64,000 bases of DNA, taken from an uncultured cyanobacterium (lineage in GTDB: Bacteria > Cyanobacteriota > Cyanobacteriia > Cyanobacteriales > CAWCAG01). Shown piece by piece: positions 1 to 10,009 of this stretch. The stretch is from positions 448,001 through 512,000 of the forward strand of contig CAWCAG010000007.1 in assembly GCA_963793425.1 (NCBI GenBank). The letters run 5' to 3'. A program made the translations under genes and the position numbers. Every line of letters begins with the position of its first letter. Position 1 is the stretch's first letter. The notes below the pieces were generated by a model. The model had not been told where the DNA came from and searched no databases. It was given only the letters and a program-made list of their open reading frames with translations.

Positions 1-1318
1 TGTTCACGATATTGGTAAAAACCTGGTTGATATTATCCTTTCTAACAATGGTTATAAGGTGGTTAATTTAGGGATTAAACAACCTGTGGATAATATTATT
101 CAGGCATATGAAGAACATCAGGCTGATTGTATTGCTATGAGTGGTTTGTTGGTTAAGTCCACAGCGTTTATGAAAGATAACTTAGCCACTTTTAACGAAA
201 AAGGTATTAATGTCCCGGTTATTTTAGGGGGTGCAGCTTTAACCCCTAAATTTGTTTATGGAGACTGTCAGGACACTTATCAAGGGAAGGTTATTTACGG
301 AAAAGATGCTTTTGCTGATTTACACTTTATGGAAAAATTAATGCCTGCTAAAGCTGCTAATAACTGGCATGATTTACAAGGCTTTTTAGATGAAGTAACC
401 GAAGAAAGTAAGGCAGTAAGTAATGGTAAAGCTAAAGTTAAAAAAGAAAAGCTTAAAGTTGAACCCCAACCCATAGATACCCGTCGTTCTGAAGCTGTAA
501 CCTTAGATTTAGAACGTCCTCAGCCACCATTTTGGGGTACAAAAATATTAACCCCGGAAGATATTCCTTTAGAAGAATTATTTTGGTATTTAGACTTACA
601 AGCTTTAATCGCCGGGCAATGGCAATTCCGCAAACCTCGTAACCAATCCAGGGAAGAATACGATACTTTCTTAGCTGAGAAAGTTTACCCAATATTATCT
701 AAATGGAAAGAAAAAGTATTAGCTGAAAATCTCTTACATCCTACAGTAGTTTATGGTTACTTCCCTTGCCAAGCCGAAGGTAATTCTCTTTATCTTTATG
801 ACACCAAAAATCAAGATAAACAAGTAGCCAAGTTTGACTTTCCTCGGCAAAAATCGGGCCGTCGTCTTTGCATTGCTGACTTCTTCGCCTCCAAAGAATC
901 TGGCATTATGGATGTATTCCCCATGCAAGCCGTCACTGTCGGGGAGATTGCCACAGAATACGCCAAAAAACTCTTTGTTGCTGATGACTACACCAACTAC
1001 CTTTATTATCATGGTTTAGCAGTTCAAGTAGCAGAAGCCCTAGCAGAATGGACTCACGCCCGTATTCGCCTTGAGTTGGGCTACGCAGATCAAGAACCCG
1101 ATAACGTGCGAGATGTCCTCGCCCAACGTCATCAAGGTTCCCGTTTCAGCTTCGGTTATCCTGCTTGTCCTAATATTCCCGATCAATACAAACAAATAGA
1201 GTTGCTGGGTTGCGATCGCATTAATTTATATATGGATGAAAGCGAACAATTATACCCAGAACAATCTACAACCGCTTTTATTACTTATCATCCCGTTTCC
1301 AAGTATTTTAGTGCTTAA
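1..1318 (+). CDS. metH: B12-dependent methionine synthase, C-terminal part (5' end outside the window)
   Basis: The frame is open from the window start and reads VHDIGKNLV (cobalamin-binding motif), [14 protein letters not shown] and the activation domain [10 protein letters not shown]. Confidence 0.96.
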   Translation, partial: VHDIGKNLVDIILSNNGYKVVNLGIKQPVDNIIQAYEEHQADCIAMSGLLVKSTAFMKDNLATFNEKGINVPVILGGAALTPKFVYGDCQDTYQGKVIYGKDAFADLHFMEKLMPAKAANNWHDLQGFLDEVTEESKAVSNGKAKVKKEKLKVEPQPIDTRRSEAVTLDLERPQPPFWGTKILTPEDIPLEELFWYLDLQALIAGQWQFRKPRNQSREEYDTFLAEKVYPILSKWKEKVLAENLLHPTVVYGYFPCQAEGNSLYLYDTKNQDKQVAKFDFPRQKSGRRLCIADFFASKESGIMDVFPMQAVTVGEIATEYAKKLFVADDYTNYLYYHGLAVQVAEALAEWTHARIRLELGYADQEPDNVRDVLAQRHQGSRFSFGYPACPNIPDQYKQIELLGCDRINLYMDESEQLYPEQSTTAFITYHPVSKYFSA

Positions 1319-1438
1319 AGAACAAGCAACAGGACTTCAAGTTGGTAATCTTTCGTTGCTGTTTAGATATAGAAGTACCATCAATCAATCATTATTCAAT
1401 TTCAATTGTTGAAATAAAGTATCCTACTACTTACTCTC

Positions 1439-1915
1439 ATGTTTAACACTATTGTCGTAGCTACAGAAAACTCAGAAACAGACAATCTTGTCTTTGAAAA
1501 AGCACTTTCCCTGGCTCAGATGGTGGGGGCGAAATTAATTATGCTTCATGTTCTTTCTGAAGAAGAAGAAGAAGCCCCGATGCCGATTCCTAGTAATTTG
1601 CAAGAGCTTTATCCAGCAGTGGGGAATGATAAAACCCTGAATATATGGCGAGAAGAATGGGAAGAGTTTAAAAAACAAGGTATTGAACTTCTGCGATCGC
1701 GACAAAAAAAAGCTCTTCAAGTCGGAGTAAGGGCAGATTATCACCAAGTTACAGGTAGTCCGGGTAAAACTATTTGTGACTTAGCTGGGGAAGAAGAAGC
1801 TGATTTAATTGTGGTAGGACATCGAGGACGTAGTGGTTTAACAGAGATGATTTTAGGTAGTGTCAGCAGTTATGTTTTGCACCACGCTTCTTGTTCAGTA
1901 CTGATGGTACAGTGA
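1439..1915 (+). CDS. Universal stress protein (UspA family)
   Basis: N-terminal FNTIVVAT and C-terminal ADLIVVGHRGRSGLTEMILGSVSSYVLHHASCSVLMV. Confidence 0.93.
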   Translation: MFNTIVVATENSETDNLVFEKALSLAQMVGAKLIMLHVLSEEEEEAPMPIPSNLQELYPAVGNDKTLNIWREEWEEFKKQGIELLRSRQKKALQVGVRADYHQVTGSPGKTICDLAGEEEADLIVVGHRGRSGLTEMILGSVSSYVLHHASCSVLMVQ

Positions 1916-2076
1916 GTTTTGAAAATAATCCTCTCCCCATCTCCCCAATTCCCCAAAACCTATGCCTTTAGTTATAAAAACATTCTTCTTTAGATTACTT
2001 CATAAAACAGATGTATTGAACTGGTCAAATCTGTTGTAATGACAGAGAACATTCAGAAACAATATAAATAAACATA

Positions 2077-2619
2077 ATGCCTGAGATAAATATCGGTCTT
2101 ACTAAAGAACAACGCCACGGAGTTATCGAACTCCTGAATCGTGACTTAGCCAACTTGTACTTGCTGTTAATCAAAACCAAAAAGTACCACTGGGACGTGG
2201 TTGGGCCACAATTCCGTAGCTTACATGAACTTTGGCAAGAACATTACGAAGCTTTAACCATCAGCATTGATGAAACCGCCGAAAGAGTGAGAAAATTAGG
2301 GGGCTATCCCATCGGTACGGCTGAAGACTTTGTTAAGTATAGTTCCATTAAAGAACATCCTAATGATCTTCCTTCTGCCACAGAAATGGTGGCCCGATTG
2401 GTTAATGATCATGAACAAGTTATCCGTGATTTAAGGGGACATATTGACCAATGTGGTGATGAGTTCCATGATGAAGGAACCGCTGATTTCTTGACTGGAA
2501 TGATGGAAGCACACGAAGAGATGGCATGGATGCTGCGTTCTTTCATTGAAGGACAAGCACTAGATCCTAGCGGTGAGCGCCCCGGAGCGAATATGAAATC
2601 TCCTGTAGGTGCTAAGTAA
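2077..2619 (+). CDS. dps: Dps family DNA-protection/ferritin-like protein
   Basis: Ferroxidase-centre motifs KYHWDVVGPQFRSLHEL, DETAER and HEEMAWML. Confidence 0.93.
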   Translation: MPEINIGLTKEQRHGVIELLNRDLANLYLLLIKTKKYHWDVVGPQFRSLHELWQEHYEALTISIDETAERVRKLGGYPIGTAEDFVKYSSIKEHPNDLPSATEMVARLVNDHEQVIRDLRGHIDQCGDEFHDEGTADFLTGMMEAHEEMAWMLRSFIEGQALDPSGERPGANMKSPVGAK

Positions 2620-2646
2620 TCTTTAAAGAAAGATCAAAATGCAATG

Positions 2647-2684
2647 AGGAGATTTCTTGATTGAATGATCAGAAATCTCCTTTT
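2647..2684 (+). terminator. Intrinsic terminator after dps
   Basis: AGGAGATTTCT...AGAAATCTCCT stem followed by T residues. Confidence 0.75.
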
Positions 2685-2739
2685 CTTAATAATCAAAGGT
2701 TTATGTTGAAAAAAAATAAAAAGCAAAAAACTTATTACT

Positions 2740-2931
2740 ATGAATTACAAACTTTGGGACAAACTAATTAATTTCCTGCAAGACGAACTAGCTATTGGTA
2801 AAGCAGAAATCGAGGTGGCCTCACGCTACGGAGAACAAACCACTGATTCTTTACCGATGAGTCTGTGGCAATATGGGTTAGTTAGCTTAGAACAATTAGA
2901 TAAGATTTTCGATTGGTTAGAAACAGCGTAA
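2740..2931 (+). CDS. DUF2949 family small protein
   Basis: LINFLQDELAI...LPMSLWQYGLVSLEQLDKIFDWLE matches this cyanobacterial family. Confidence 0.85.
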   Translation: MNYKLWDKLINFLQDELAIGKAEIEVASRYGEQTTDSLPMSLWQYGLVSLEQLDKIFDWLETA

Positions 2932-2943
2932 AATCATTCATCA

Positions 2944-4044
2944 TTAGTTAGCCAAATTAGATTCGCTGCTATCTTGAGGAGTTGCTAGTAATGGTAAATC
3001 GACAGTAAAAGTAGTTCCTTCACTAAGCTGAGATTCTACTGTAATGTTGCCTTGGTGAGTTTCAATGATTTGCTGACATAAATGTAAGCCTAAACCATGG
3101 CCAGAACGTTTATGAGCGCCTTGACGAAAACGCTCAAAAATGCTTTCTTGATCTTCAGAAGTAATACCAATACCTGTATCCTTAACAGCAATAGTGATTT
3201 TTTGGGGAAGCTTCTTCACAATTACTTGGACGCAACCTTCATCAGTAAACTTAAGCCCGTTACTAATTAAGTTAGTAAATACTCGACGCATTTCTAAACG
3301 ATCGCCACTAATTTCTAGTTGCTCTTCAGGTAAATTCAACTGAATGGTTAAATCCCTTTCCTGTGCTAAAGGGTTCAACTCTTCTACAACCTCTTTTAAT
3401 AATTCCTGCAAATCAAAATTAATAAAACTAAGAACTTTTTGTCCTGTTTCATAACAATGTACTTCTAGTAAATTATTCAACATTTGTAGCAGGTTGTGGT
3501 TGCTGCTGATAATACTAGAAATTGCCCGGTGCATATTAGTGGGAATATCCCCATAAATGCCCTTTTGAATTAACTCTAACATCCGATCCACCGCCACCAA
3601 AGGAGTGCGTAAATCATGGGTCAGGCAAGAAATGAAGTTTTCCCTAGCATCAATACTATGTTTGAGGCGAAGTAGTGATCGCACCCTAGCTTGTAATTCG
3701 TCAATTTTAACAGGTTTGCGAATAAATTCATCTGCCCCTAGATCCAAACCTTCAACCACACTAGATTGCTGGTGTGCCGTGATTAACAGAATAGGAATAA
3801 AGGGTAAATTAGGATTTTGACGAATCTTTTCGGTTACTTCATAACCGCTCATTCCTGGCATCATCACATCAAGAATCACCAACTCTGGGGGGTAATGCTC
3901 AATTTGTGCCAAAGCAGTTAACCCATCATGTGCCAGCACAAGCTTATGCCCCTCTTTTTCTAGGGCTAACTGAATTAAAAAAAGGTTATCAGGGGTGTCA
4001 TCAACGGCTAAGATATAGTTTTTAGAAATTTGGGAAACAGACAT
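2944..4044 (-). CDS. Hybrid response regulator/histidine kinase (REC-HisKA-HATPase)
   Basis: ILAVDD, LDVMMP, H-box THDLRTPL, N-box NLISNGLKF, G-boxes DTGIG and GHGLGL. Confidence 0.93.
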   Translation of the reverse strand: MSVSQISKNYILAVDDTPDNLFLIQLALEKEGHKLVLAHDGLTALAQIEHYPPELVILDVMMPGMSGYEVTEKIRQNPNLPFIPILLITAHQQSSVVEGLDLGADEFIRKPVKIDELQARVRSLLRLKHSIDARENFISCLTHDLRTPLVAVDRMLELIQKGIYGDIPTNMHRAISSIISSNHNLLQMLNNLLEVHCYETGQKVLSFINFDLQELLKEVVEELNPLAQERDLTIQLNLPEEQLEISGDRLEMRRVFTNLISNGLKFTDEGCVQVIVKKLPQKITIAVKDTGIGITSEDQESIFERFRQGAHKRSGHGLGLHLCQQIIETHQGNITVESQLSEGTTFTVDLPLLATPQDSSESNLAN

Positions 4045-4093
4045 AAAAATAAAGAGATTTTAAAGTAGTTATAATATAAAAAGGAATTTTTGC

Positions 4094-5296
4094 TCATTCA
4101 ACTCGACGCGGCAACTCAACCTGAAAAAGTGAACCTTTACCTAACTCACTTTCAACCCGAATTTGACCCTTCATCATTCTTACTAACGAATCTGCGATCG
4201 CCAGCCCCAATCCAGTGCCAGAGTGTTTGCGGGTAAGGACTTGATCCACTTGCCGAAAGGCCTCAAAAATGATTTTAATATTTTCAGGAGAGATCCCCAC
4301 TCCAGTATCTTCAACCGCGATCGCCACTTGATCTTCTTTTGGCTCCCAAACTTTGACCCAAACTTGACCCGCTTTAGTAAATTTAATCGCGTTAGAAAGT
4401 AAGTTAATAAGTATGCGCCGCAAACAACCTCTGTCGGCATAAACAAGAGGATTTTTCAAATCTGTTTTCACTTGCAAAATAAGTTCCTTGCCCAACGCTA
4501 AAGAACGAATTTCCTCTGTGGTTACCTGGACTAACTCCATTAAATCAAAGCTTTCTAACTTAAGCTCTAAATGCCCAGCTTCAATTTTAGAAAAGTCCAA
4601 TAACTCATCAATTAGCAGTAAAAGATTTTGACCATTGTTGAAGATACGCTCAATCATATCCTGCTGTTGCTCATCTAACGAGCCATGGCTTTGGAGCAAC
4701 AACATCTGGGAAAATCCCATAACAGCATTCATGGGGGTACGCAACTCGTGGGACATGGTAGCCAAAAATTGAGACTTGAGGTGAGAAGCTTCCTGTAGCT
4801 TTTGATTTTGCAATTCAATTTGCCGACGTTGCTGTTCTAATTTTTGGTTTTTACGAGTTAATAATTCATTACTCTCCCGAAGCTTCCGATTAGCTAGAGA
4901 AGCCCTCATTTCGGCTCGATGAACTCGCAGAGCATTACTTAAACGCTGCCAGAGATTTTCAGGAGAAACATGAGACTTAGATAAATAATCCGATGCTCCA
5001 GCTTTCATTAACTCTACGGCAATATGCTCATCCCCTTGCCCTGTAAGAACAATCAAAGGTACTTTAACACCTAGCGATCGCACATCCTTAACTAGCTCTA
5101 GTCCATCTTGGTCGGGTAAACCATAGTCGAGAAAAATACAATCAAAAGATTGGTGTTTTAAGCGAGTAATTGCCCCAGTGCAGTCAGAAGCTTCAGTAAA
5201 TTCCATATTCACTCCTACCTTGGTAAGTGCGCGGCGTACAGCCATCCTGTCTATTTCGTCATCATCTACAACCAAAATGTTTAATGTGTTTTCCAT
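4094..5296 (-). CDS. Hybrid response regulator/histidine kinase (REC-coiled coil-HisKA-HATPase)
   Basis: ILVVDDD, FLDYGLP, SHELRTPMN, NLLSNAIKF, GTGLGL; the ATG at 5296 is preferred over the upstream TTG. Confidence 0.93.
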   Translation of the reverse strand: MENTLNILVVDDDEIDRMAVRRALTKVGVNMEFTEASDCTGAITRLKHQSFDCIFLDYGLPDQDGLELVKDVRSLGVKVPLIVLTGQGDEHIAVELMKAGASDYLSKSHVSPENLWQRLSNALRVHRAEMRASLANRKLRESNELLTRKNQKLEQQRRQIELQNQKLQEASHLKSQFLATMSHELRTPMNAVMGFSQMLLLQSHGSLDEQQQDMIERIFNNGQNLLLLIDELLDFSKIEAGHLELKLESFDLMELVQVTTEEIRSLALGKELILQVKTDLKNPLVYADRGCLRRILINLLSNAIKFTKAGQVWVKVWEPKEDQVAIAVEDTGVGISPENIKIIFEAFRQVDQVLTRKHSGTGLGLAIADSLVRMMKGQIRVESELGKGSLFQVELPRRVE

Positions 5297-5394
5297 AGGA
5301 GTCAAATTTCAGTTTTATGACTGAGGGAAATAGGAGAAAGAAACCAGTTATTTATAAACTTTTTTGTCTACTCTATTACCTGAGCCTATTGTCA

Positions 5395-5826
5395 CTAAGG
5401 CATTTCACACAAAGCCCAATACTTATTCAAGGTTGCCATCACTTCAGCAAACTTAGAAAAAGTTACGGGTTTGAGAATATAGCCTGCTACATTTAAGTTG
5501 TAAGCTTCAACTCTGTCTCTATCTTCGTCAGAAGTAGTCAAGACAATCACAGGAATCAATTTTAATTTAGGGTCTTCCCTAAGTATGTGCAGGAACTCCA
5601 AGCCGTTCATTTTTGGCATATTCAAATCAAGTAGAACTAATCGGCGATTTTCAGGGACTTTTGCTGGTTGACTTTCTTGAGGACGCAACATTTTAAGAGC
5701 GTCTAAACCATTGCCGGCAATATAGAGAGGATTAGAGATGTTGCTTTTTTTAAACGCTCGTTTAATATTCATCACATCCACTTCATCGTCTTCTACAAGC
5801 AGGAAGTTAATAATCCGGTCTTCCAT
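5395..5826 (-). CDS. Single-domain response regulator (Rcp1-like)
   Basis: LLVEDDEVDV, LLDLNMPKMNG, VIVLTTS, AYNLNVAGYILKP; ATG at 5826. Confidence 0.9.
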   Translation of the reverse strand: MEDRIINFLLVEDDEVDVMNIKRAFKKSNISNPLYIAGNGLDALKMLRPQESQPAKVPENRRLVLLDLNMPKMNGLEFLHILREDPKLKLIPVIVLTTSDEDRDRVEAYNLNVAGYILKPVTFSKFAEVMATLNKYWALCEMP

Positions 5827-6030
5827 AAGTCTAATCAACCAAGTTTACTTGACCATTTTCAGCAAAAATGAGCAGCATTTTATACCCTGTTCAATTATTA
5901 TGAATAAACAAGGTGCAAATTTCCTCATCTCTTGGTTAGGAATTACTAAATACCCCTTTCTCTTCCTTAAGTTATAAGAAATACTCGTTTTAAAATTAAA
6001 TCACTTTCGCTATACCGAACGAAAGCCTTG

Positions 6031-6786
6031 CTAGCCATGAATAAATTGGTTTAAGGATAGCAAATTGATTTGAGGATTATCCTGAATGGATTGATGAGAA
6101 AGTTCAGTGTTATATCCCCAATCAGCTAGAAAAAGTTGTATTCCTTTTAAATCTGGTTGCTTCGCTACAGAATGGAGGGTTTTCAAACGATCTTCAACAA
6201 AACCCACTTGTTGATTATTAACAGAAAACTTAGTAATTAATTCCCGTAAGCTTTGATGTTTAGGACGCTTAACTTCTTTACCAAAAATGTTTTCCCCCGG
6301 TAAAGCAACTCCTGCCCCTTGTAGCAATTTTTGAGCGAAGCGCCCTTCTTTCGTCGTAATAATAAATAGCTGAGTAGAAGAAGCCAGAATTCGTTTAACT
6401 TGGTCTATTACCCCTGGATAGAAGCTATGCAAACCTAACCAGCCTTCTAAATCAGTTTTAATCCACTCATCCCTAACTGCATCTAGCTGTCGAGCTATTA
6501 TTGTACTATCTAACTTCTCTGAAACAACAATTTTTGCCACTACAGCAGGCCAATTAGTTGAAATTTCTGCTTCAGTAACCCCTAAAACCAATGCTCGCAA
6601 AAGCACAGGCATTTCCCAACCTGTTTCAATAACTGGCCGTAGACGATAAAAAACAGTTGCTAAATCAGTATTAGGTTGGCTTTGCCAAATCTGAGCGTAG
6701 GTTTTGCAGGTTGTTTGGAAATACTCAACTAACCCGTCACAAAGAACGCCATCAAAATCAAGAGCAAGAACTTTTACATTGATCAT
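6031..6786 (-). CDS. HAD-superfamily hydrolase
   Basis: Motif I ALDFDGVLCD, ITTK, FVEDR. Confidence 0.88.
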   Translation of the reverse strand: MINVKVLALDFDGVLCDGLVEYFQTTCKTYAQIWQSQPNTDLATVFYRLRPVIETGWEMPVLLRALVLGVTEAEISTNWPAVVAKIVVSEKLDSTIIARQLDAVRDEWIKTDLEGWLGLHSFYPGVIDQVKRILASSTQLFIITTKEGRFAQKLLQGAGVALPGENIFGKEVKRPKHQSLRELITKFSVNNQQVGFVEDRLKTLHSVAKQPDLKGIQLFLADWGYNTELSHQSIQDNPQINLLSLNQFIHG

Positions 6787-6795
6787 TTATCGTTA

Positions 6796-6820
6796 TTCGC
6801 GTAAGCGTTGCCGCAGGCTA
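6796..6820. repeat. Short dispersed GC-rich repeat (cyanobacterial SDR-like)
   Basis: The reverse complement TAGCCTGCGGCAACGCTTACGCGAA resembles TAGCCTCCGGCAACCATAAGCGCGAA at 45174-45199. Confidence 0.6.
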
Positions 6821-6840
6821 CATTGATCATTTTTACACAG

Positions 6841-6867
6841 CAAAGGCACAGCTAAGCTGTGCCTTTG
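6841..6867. terminator. Perfect hairpin downstream of tRNA-Gln
   Basis: CAAAGGCACAGC-TAA-GCTGTGCCTTTG, 12-bp stem. Confidence 0.75.
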
Positions 6868-6883
6868 TTTTTCGATATTTATG

Positions 6884-6955
6884 CTGGGGTGCTAGGGATC
6901 GAACCTAGGAATGGCGAGACCAAAACCCGCTGCCTTACCGCTTGGCGACACCCCA
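6884..6955 (-). tRNA. tRNA-Gln(UUG)
   Basis: Minus strand TGGGGTG...CACCCCAG cloverleaf, anticodon arm GCGGG-TTTTGGT-CTCGC, T-loop GGTTCGATCC; CCA not encoded. Confidence 0.96.
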
Positions 6956-7032
6956 ATGAATGTACCTTTGTTATTGTAACAACTGTTGCCTAGAAATTGT
7001 CAAGTAGTTTTTGTCGGAAAACAAAAAATAGT

Positions 7033-7060
7033 AAACCCCCTTGCGATAACAAGGGAGGTT
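7033..7060 (-). terminator. Hairpin downstream of the HLIP gene
   Basis: AAACCCCCTTG...CAAGGGAGGTTT stem; the A-rich tract on its left reads as a U-tract on the minus strand. Confidence 0.6.
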
Positions 7061-7093
7061 TCACGTTCGCAATCTCTACTCTAAAGCTAGAAA

Positions 7094-7243
7094 TTACATG
7101 ATACCTAGCTGAGAGAGAATTCCTTGTCCGGTGAGAAGTTCGGTCAAAATACCAATAGTGAAACCCAGCATAGCTAGGCGGCCATTCCAGGTTTCAGCAA
7201 CGTTGGTAAAGCCAAATTTGTTGGTTACTTGTTGTTCTGTCAT
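7094..7243 (-). CDS. High-light-inducible protein (HLIP/SCP)
   Basis: FGFTNVAETWNGRLAMLGF chlorophyll-binding motif; the ATG at 7243 gives 49 aa. Confidence 0.95.
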   Translation of the reverse strand: MTEQQVTNKFGFTNVAETWNGRLAMLGFTIGILTELLTGQGILSQLGIM

Positions 7244-7287
7244 ATCTAAACCTTCGTTAGTTGCCTTAATGTTCTTTTCGTCAATCT

Positions 7288-7305
7288 TATGTAATTTAAT
7301 GTAAC
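7288..7305 (-). promoter_or_regulatory. HLR1 (RpaB-binding) direct repeat upstream of the HLIP gene
   Basis: Minus strand GTTACATT-AA-ATTACATA against consensus (G/T)TTACA(T/A)(T/A)-N2-repeat; hli genes are known RpaB targets. Confidence 0.75.
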
Positions 7306-7526
7306 GCAATTAAAAATATATTGCAACATTTCTTTATTATTTATAGGTCAGATTGTGATAAGTACTGGTAGACAGATAGTTTTTCTCGGTCAATTTACAA
7401 TTTCCGACCAACCTGCTAATCTTATTAACCCAAGAAACATAAATAACTCACCTGACGACTTGTAACTTGCTCGATAAATAAAGACTAAGTAGAACCCATA
7501 GATTTGAGATCAACGTTTAATTGTCA

Positions 7527-8798
7527 ATGAAAAAAATCAACCCTTCCAGTACAACTAGCTTAATCGCACTTTCTTGTGCTGTAGTCTCTTTGGCATTAGG
7601 AACATTACAGCCATCTTCAGCCCAAGTAGAAGATGCCCCAGAAATCCCCACCATAGAAATAGAAGTTCCGCTTCCTGAAATTACGCCCCCCTCAGATATT
7701 GCCTCTCCTAACACTAAAGAAGTTAACTTCAACCAACCAATCCCTTTGGATATTGACCAAACCAGTAATGTCTTGGATATTCGCGGAGTAGGGGATTCTG
7801 GCATGGCTCTCACCTACAAACAGCCCCTAAATTTGAATCAAACCTTACCAGGAAACAATGGTGGTGGTTTCGCTGATTTTGGTAAGCGTCTTGATGCTTT
7901 GGATTCTACAGGAAAATCTTATCGTGGGGACTTATCCTTCATTAATTGGGAAACCGTAGTTGGCACTCGCTGCAATAGCTTTCGGGGTCGTCCTAGCCGC
8001 AGTTCCTATGCTTTTATGTCTCACCCAGATAACTTAGTAGAAGCTTATAAGCGAGGTTTCAATCTCATTGGTTTAGCCAACAACCATAGTTGGGACTGTC
8101 CTTCTGCTGCTAATGGTAAAAACGGTGCTTTAGCATCCGCAGAAAGTATGCAACGTCTTACTCAAGAAATGGGAGCAAACTGGCTTTGGCACGGCGTTGG
8201 GCAACAGAAGAATGTTGCTAAGGTAACAACTATGATGGTTGATGAGCGTCCTGTCAAAGTTGCTTTCGCCAGCCTTTATATGGGAGGGGCTTGCACTTAT
8301 ATCACCTGCGTTAGTGATAAGAATGCTGTACTAAAATCCCTGCGAGATGCCAACGCAGACATTCGCATTTTGGCAATGCACAGTTGGAACTCTGCAACCC
8401 AAAGTCAACTGGTTGGTGTGGGTAAAGACTTTATCCGTAACTACAATGGAGATATTGTTTTTGGCCATGGGCCCCATGTTTGGGCCCCGGTACAAGTTGT
8501 TCCCAAAGCTAATGGCAAAAAAGGGGTGATGTTTGAAAGTTTAGGTAACTTCGTTCATCCCAACTTAGCAGCGAAAAGAAAAGATATCATCGGCAGGGTG
8601 TTGTTAGATTTAGATACCTTAGAGATACGCCAAGTACAGGTTATACCTTTAAAGGTTGATGCAGCTAACGCTTCTTTTAATGGCGCTCTTAGCCCCACTA
8701 GCGTACCAACCAGGGGTTTCAGTTGGACAACTATTAATAGTACGGAATGGAAAAGTGGTGTTTCTGGGGTGACAGGGGCTTTTTATAATCTTCAGTAG
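7527..8798 (+). CDS. Exported CapA/PGA_cap-family metallophosphoesterase-fold protein
   Basis: Signal peptide ending SSA-Q; motifs GVGD, INWET, GLANNHSWD, AMHSW, GHGPHV, SLGNFV. Confidence 0.85.
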   Translation: MKKINPSSTTSLIALSCAVVSLALGTLQPSSAQVEDAPEIPTIEIEVPLPEITPPSDIASPNTKEVNFNQPIPLDIDQTSNVLDIRGVGDSGMALTYKQPLNLNQTLPGNNGGGFADFGKRLDALDSTGKSYRGDLSFINWETVVGTRCNSFRGRPSRSSYAFMSHPDNLVEAYKRGFNLIGLANNHSWDCPSAANGKNGALASAESMQRLTQEMGANWLWHGVGQQKNVAKVTTMMVDERPVKVAFASLYMGGACTYITCVSDKNAVLKSLRDANADIRILAMHSWNSATQSQLVGVGKDFIRNYNGDIVFGHGPHVWAPVQVVPKANGKKGVMFESLGNFVHPNLAAKRKDIIGRVLLDLDTLEIRQVQVIPLKVDAANASFNGALSPTSVPTRGFSWTTINSTEWKSGVSGVTGAFYNLQ

Positions 8799-8857
8799 TT
8801 GGATGAAAAACGCAAGATGGTTTGGGACGAAGGCATAACTCCTATCCTCTTTAGAAG

Positions 8858-9916
8858 CTAGCATTCTGTTAAGATAGCATCATCTAATTCTTGAGAACGA
8901 GCAGATTTTGCCCCAGAAGCAATTTCATGCCAAGTCCAGCCATCGTTTTGCACAAATGCTAACAACAAGCGGCGGCGTTTGATAAGTTGTTGCATGGCGA
9001 CAGCAAACTCTCGTTCACTTACTACAGGTATACCATTGCTTTTTAATGGTTCTAAGGCAGGAAATTCTGGTAATTCTGATGCAGGCTCAATGTATGCTGA
9101 ATCAAGGACTTTTAAAAAAGCTGCATTGGCACGACGGGCGGTTTCTAGGGCAATAGGATCTGGTCTGGAAGATTTGGCAACCCCATATTGCAACAAAGTT
9201 AGAGCTTCATCAAGAGAAGCAAGACTCAAAGCCATAGAGCGAGAACTTTCTACACTGTGGAAATAGTGTAACACCGGGAAAGTTAAATACTTAACCCCTA
9301 AAGAAGTAATTATAGAACTTAGGGCAATAAGGTGTTGGTCAAACTGACCGAAATCTTTTCCATTCCAAGCACGGGCAATAATTTCTTCCGCACTTCCTCC
9401 CAAAGAGCTAATATACATAGCCGTAGAGTATTTTTGTGCTACAGCAGCAACCACAGAGAGGACATAGGCTAAAGCAAGGGTGACCAGGAAAAAGCCGTTA
9501 GCTGAAGCAATGGCAGCCGCCATTTGCCAAGTAAAGCCCAGGGGCTTGAAGTTACCCATGCCAAGGGTAGAAAGGGTATAACCGACAAAGTAAATTCTAT
9601 CTTGATTATTGGCTGGTATTTCAGTCGCTGCATTAACTACGGCTTTGTCAACAGCACAAAATATTAAACTCCACCCTACCCAAGTAGCTACAAACCAAAG
9701 CATGACAATAGCAACTGAAATAAGAGAGCCTGTCAGGGCAAGTAAGCGATGCCGGGAACGATTACCACCGTGGAAACGTAGCGCTAAGTGCCAGACCCCA
9801 CTAGACAACCTACTGGTTAAGGGGCCGCCACCACCTACGGTTAAAATTGTGACCAAAACATCTACAGTAATGTAAGTAAGAATTAATAAGCCTGCAATAG
9901 TTAGAAATACTGCCAT
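8858..9916 (-). CDS. Two-TM/pore-loop ion channel family protein (Ion_trans_2-like)
   Basis: Hydrophobic helices flank the pore segment IYFVGYTLSTLGMGNFKP; C-terminal FPVLHYFH motif. Confidence 0.8.
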   Translation of the reverse strand: MAVFLTIAGLLILTYITVDVLVTILTVGGGGPLTSRLSSGVWHLALRFHGGNRSRHRLLALTGSLISVAIVMLWFVATWVGWSLIFCAVDKAVVNAATEIPANNQDRIYFVGYTLSTLGMGNFKPLGFTWQMAAAIASANGFFLVTLALAYVLSVVAAVAQKYSTAMYISSLGGSAEEIIARAWNGKDFGQFDQHLIALSSIITSLGVKYLTFPVLHYFHSVESSRSMALSLASLDEALTLLQYGVAKSSRPDPIALETARRANAAFLKVLDSAYIEPASELPEFPALEPLKSNGIPVVSEREFAVAMQQLIKRRRLLLAFVQNDGWTWHEIASGAKSARSQELDDAILTEC

Positions 9917-9954
9917 AGGAAACTAGTAGTTTGTTAATTTCTAGAGGGTAAAAC

Positions 9955-9984
9955 AAAAAAGGGATACAAACTCGTTGTATCCCT
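9955..9984 (-). terminator. Intrinsic terminator after the BON gene
   Basis: AGGGATACAA...TTGTATCCCT stem with an A6 tract on its left (U-tract on the minus strand). Confidence 0.7.
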
Positions 9985-10009
9985 ATGGCAAATAGATGAT
10001 TGTTTTTAG

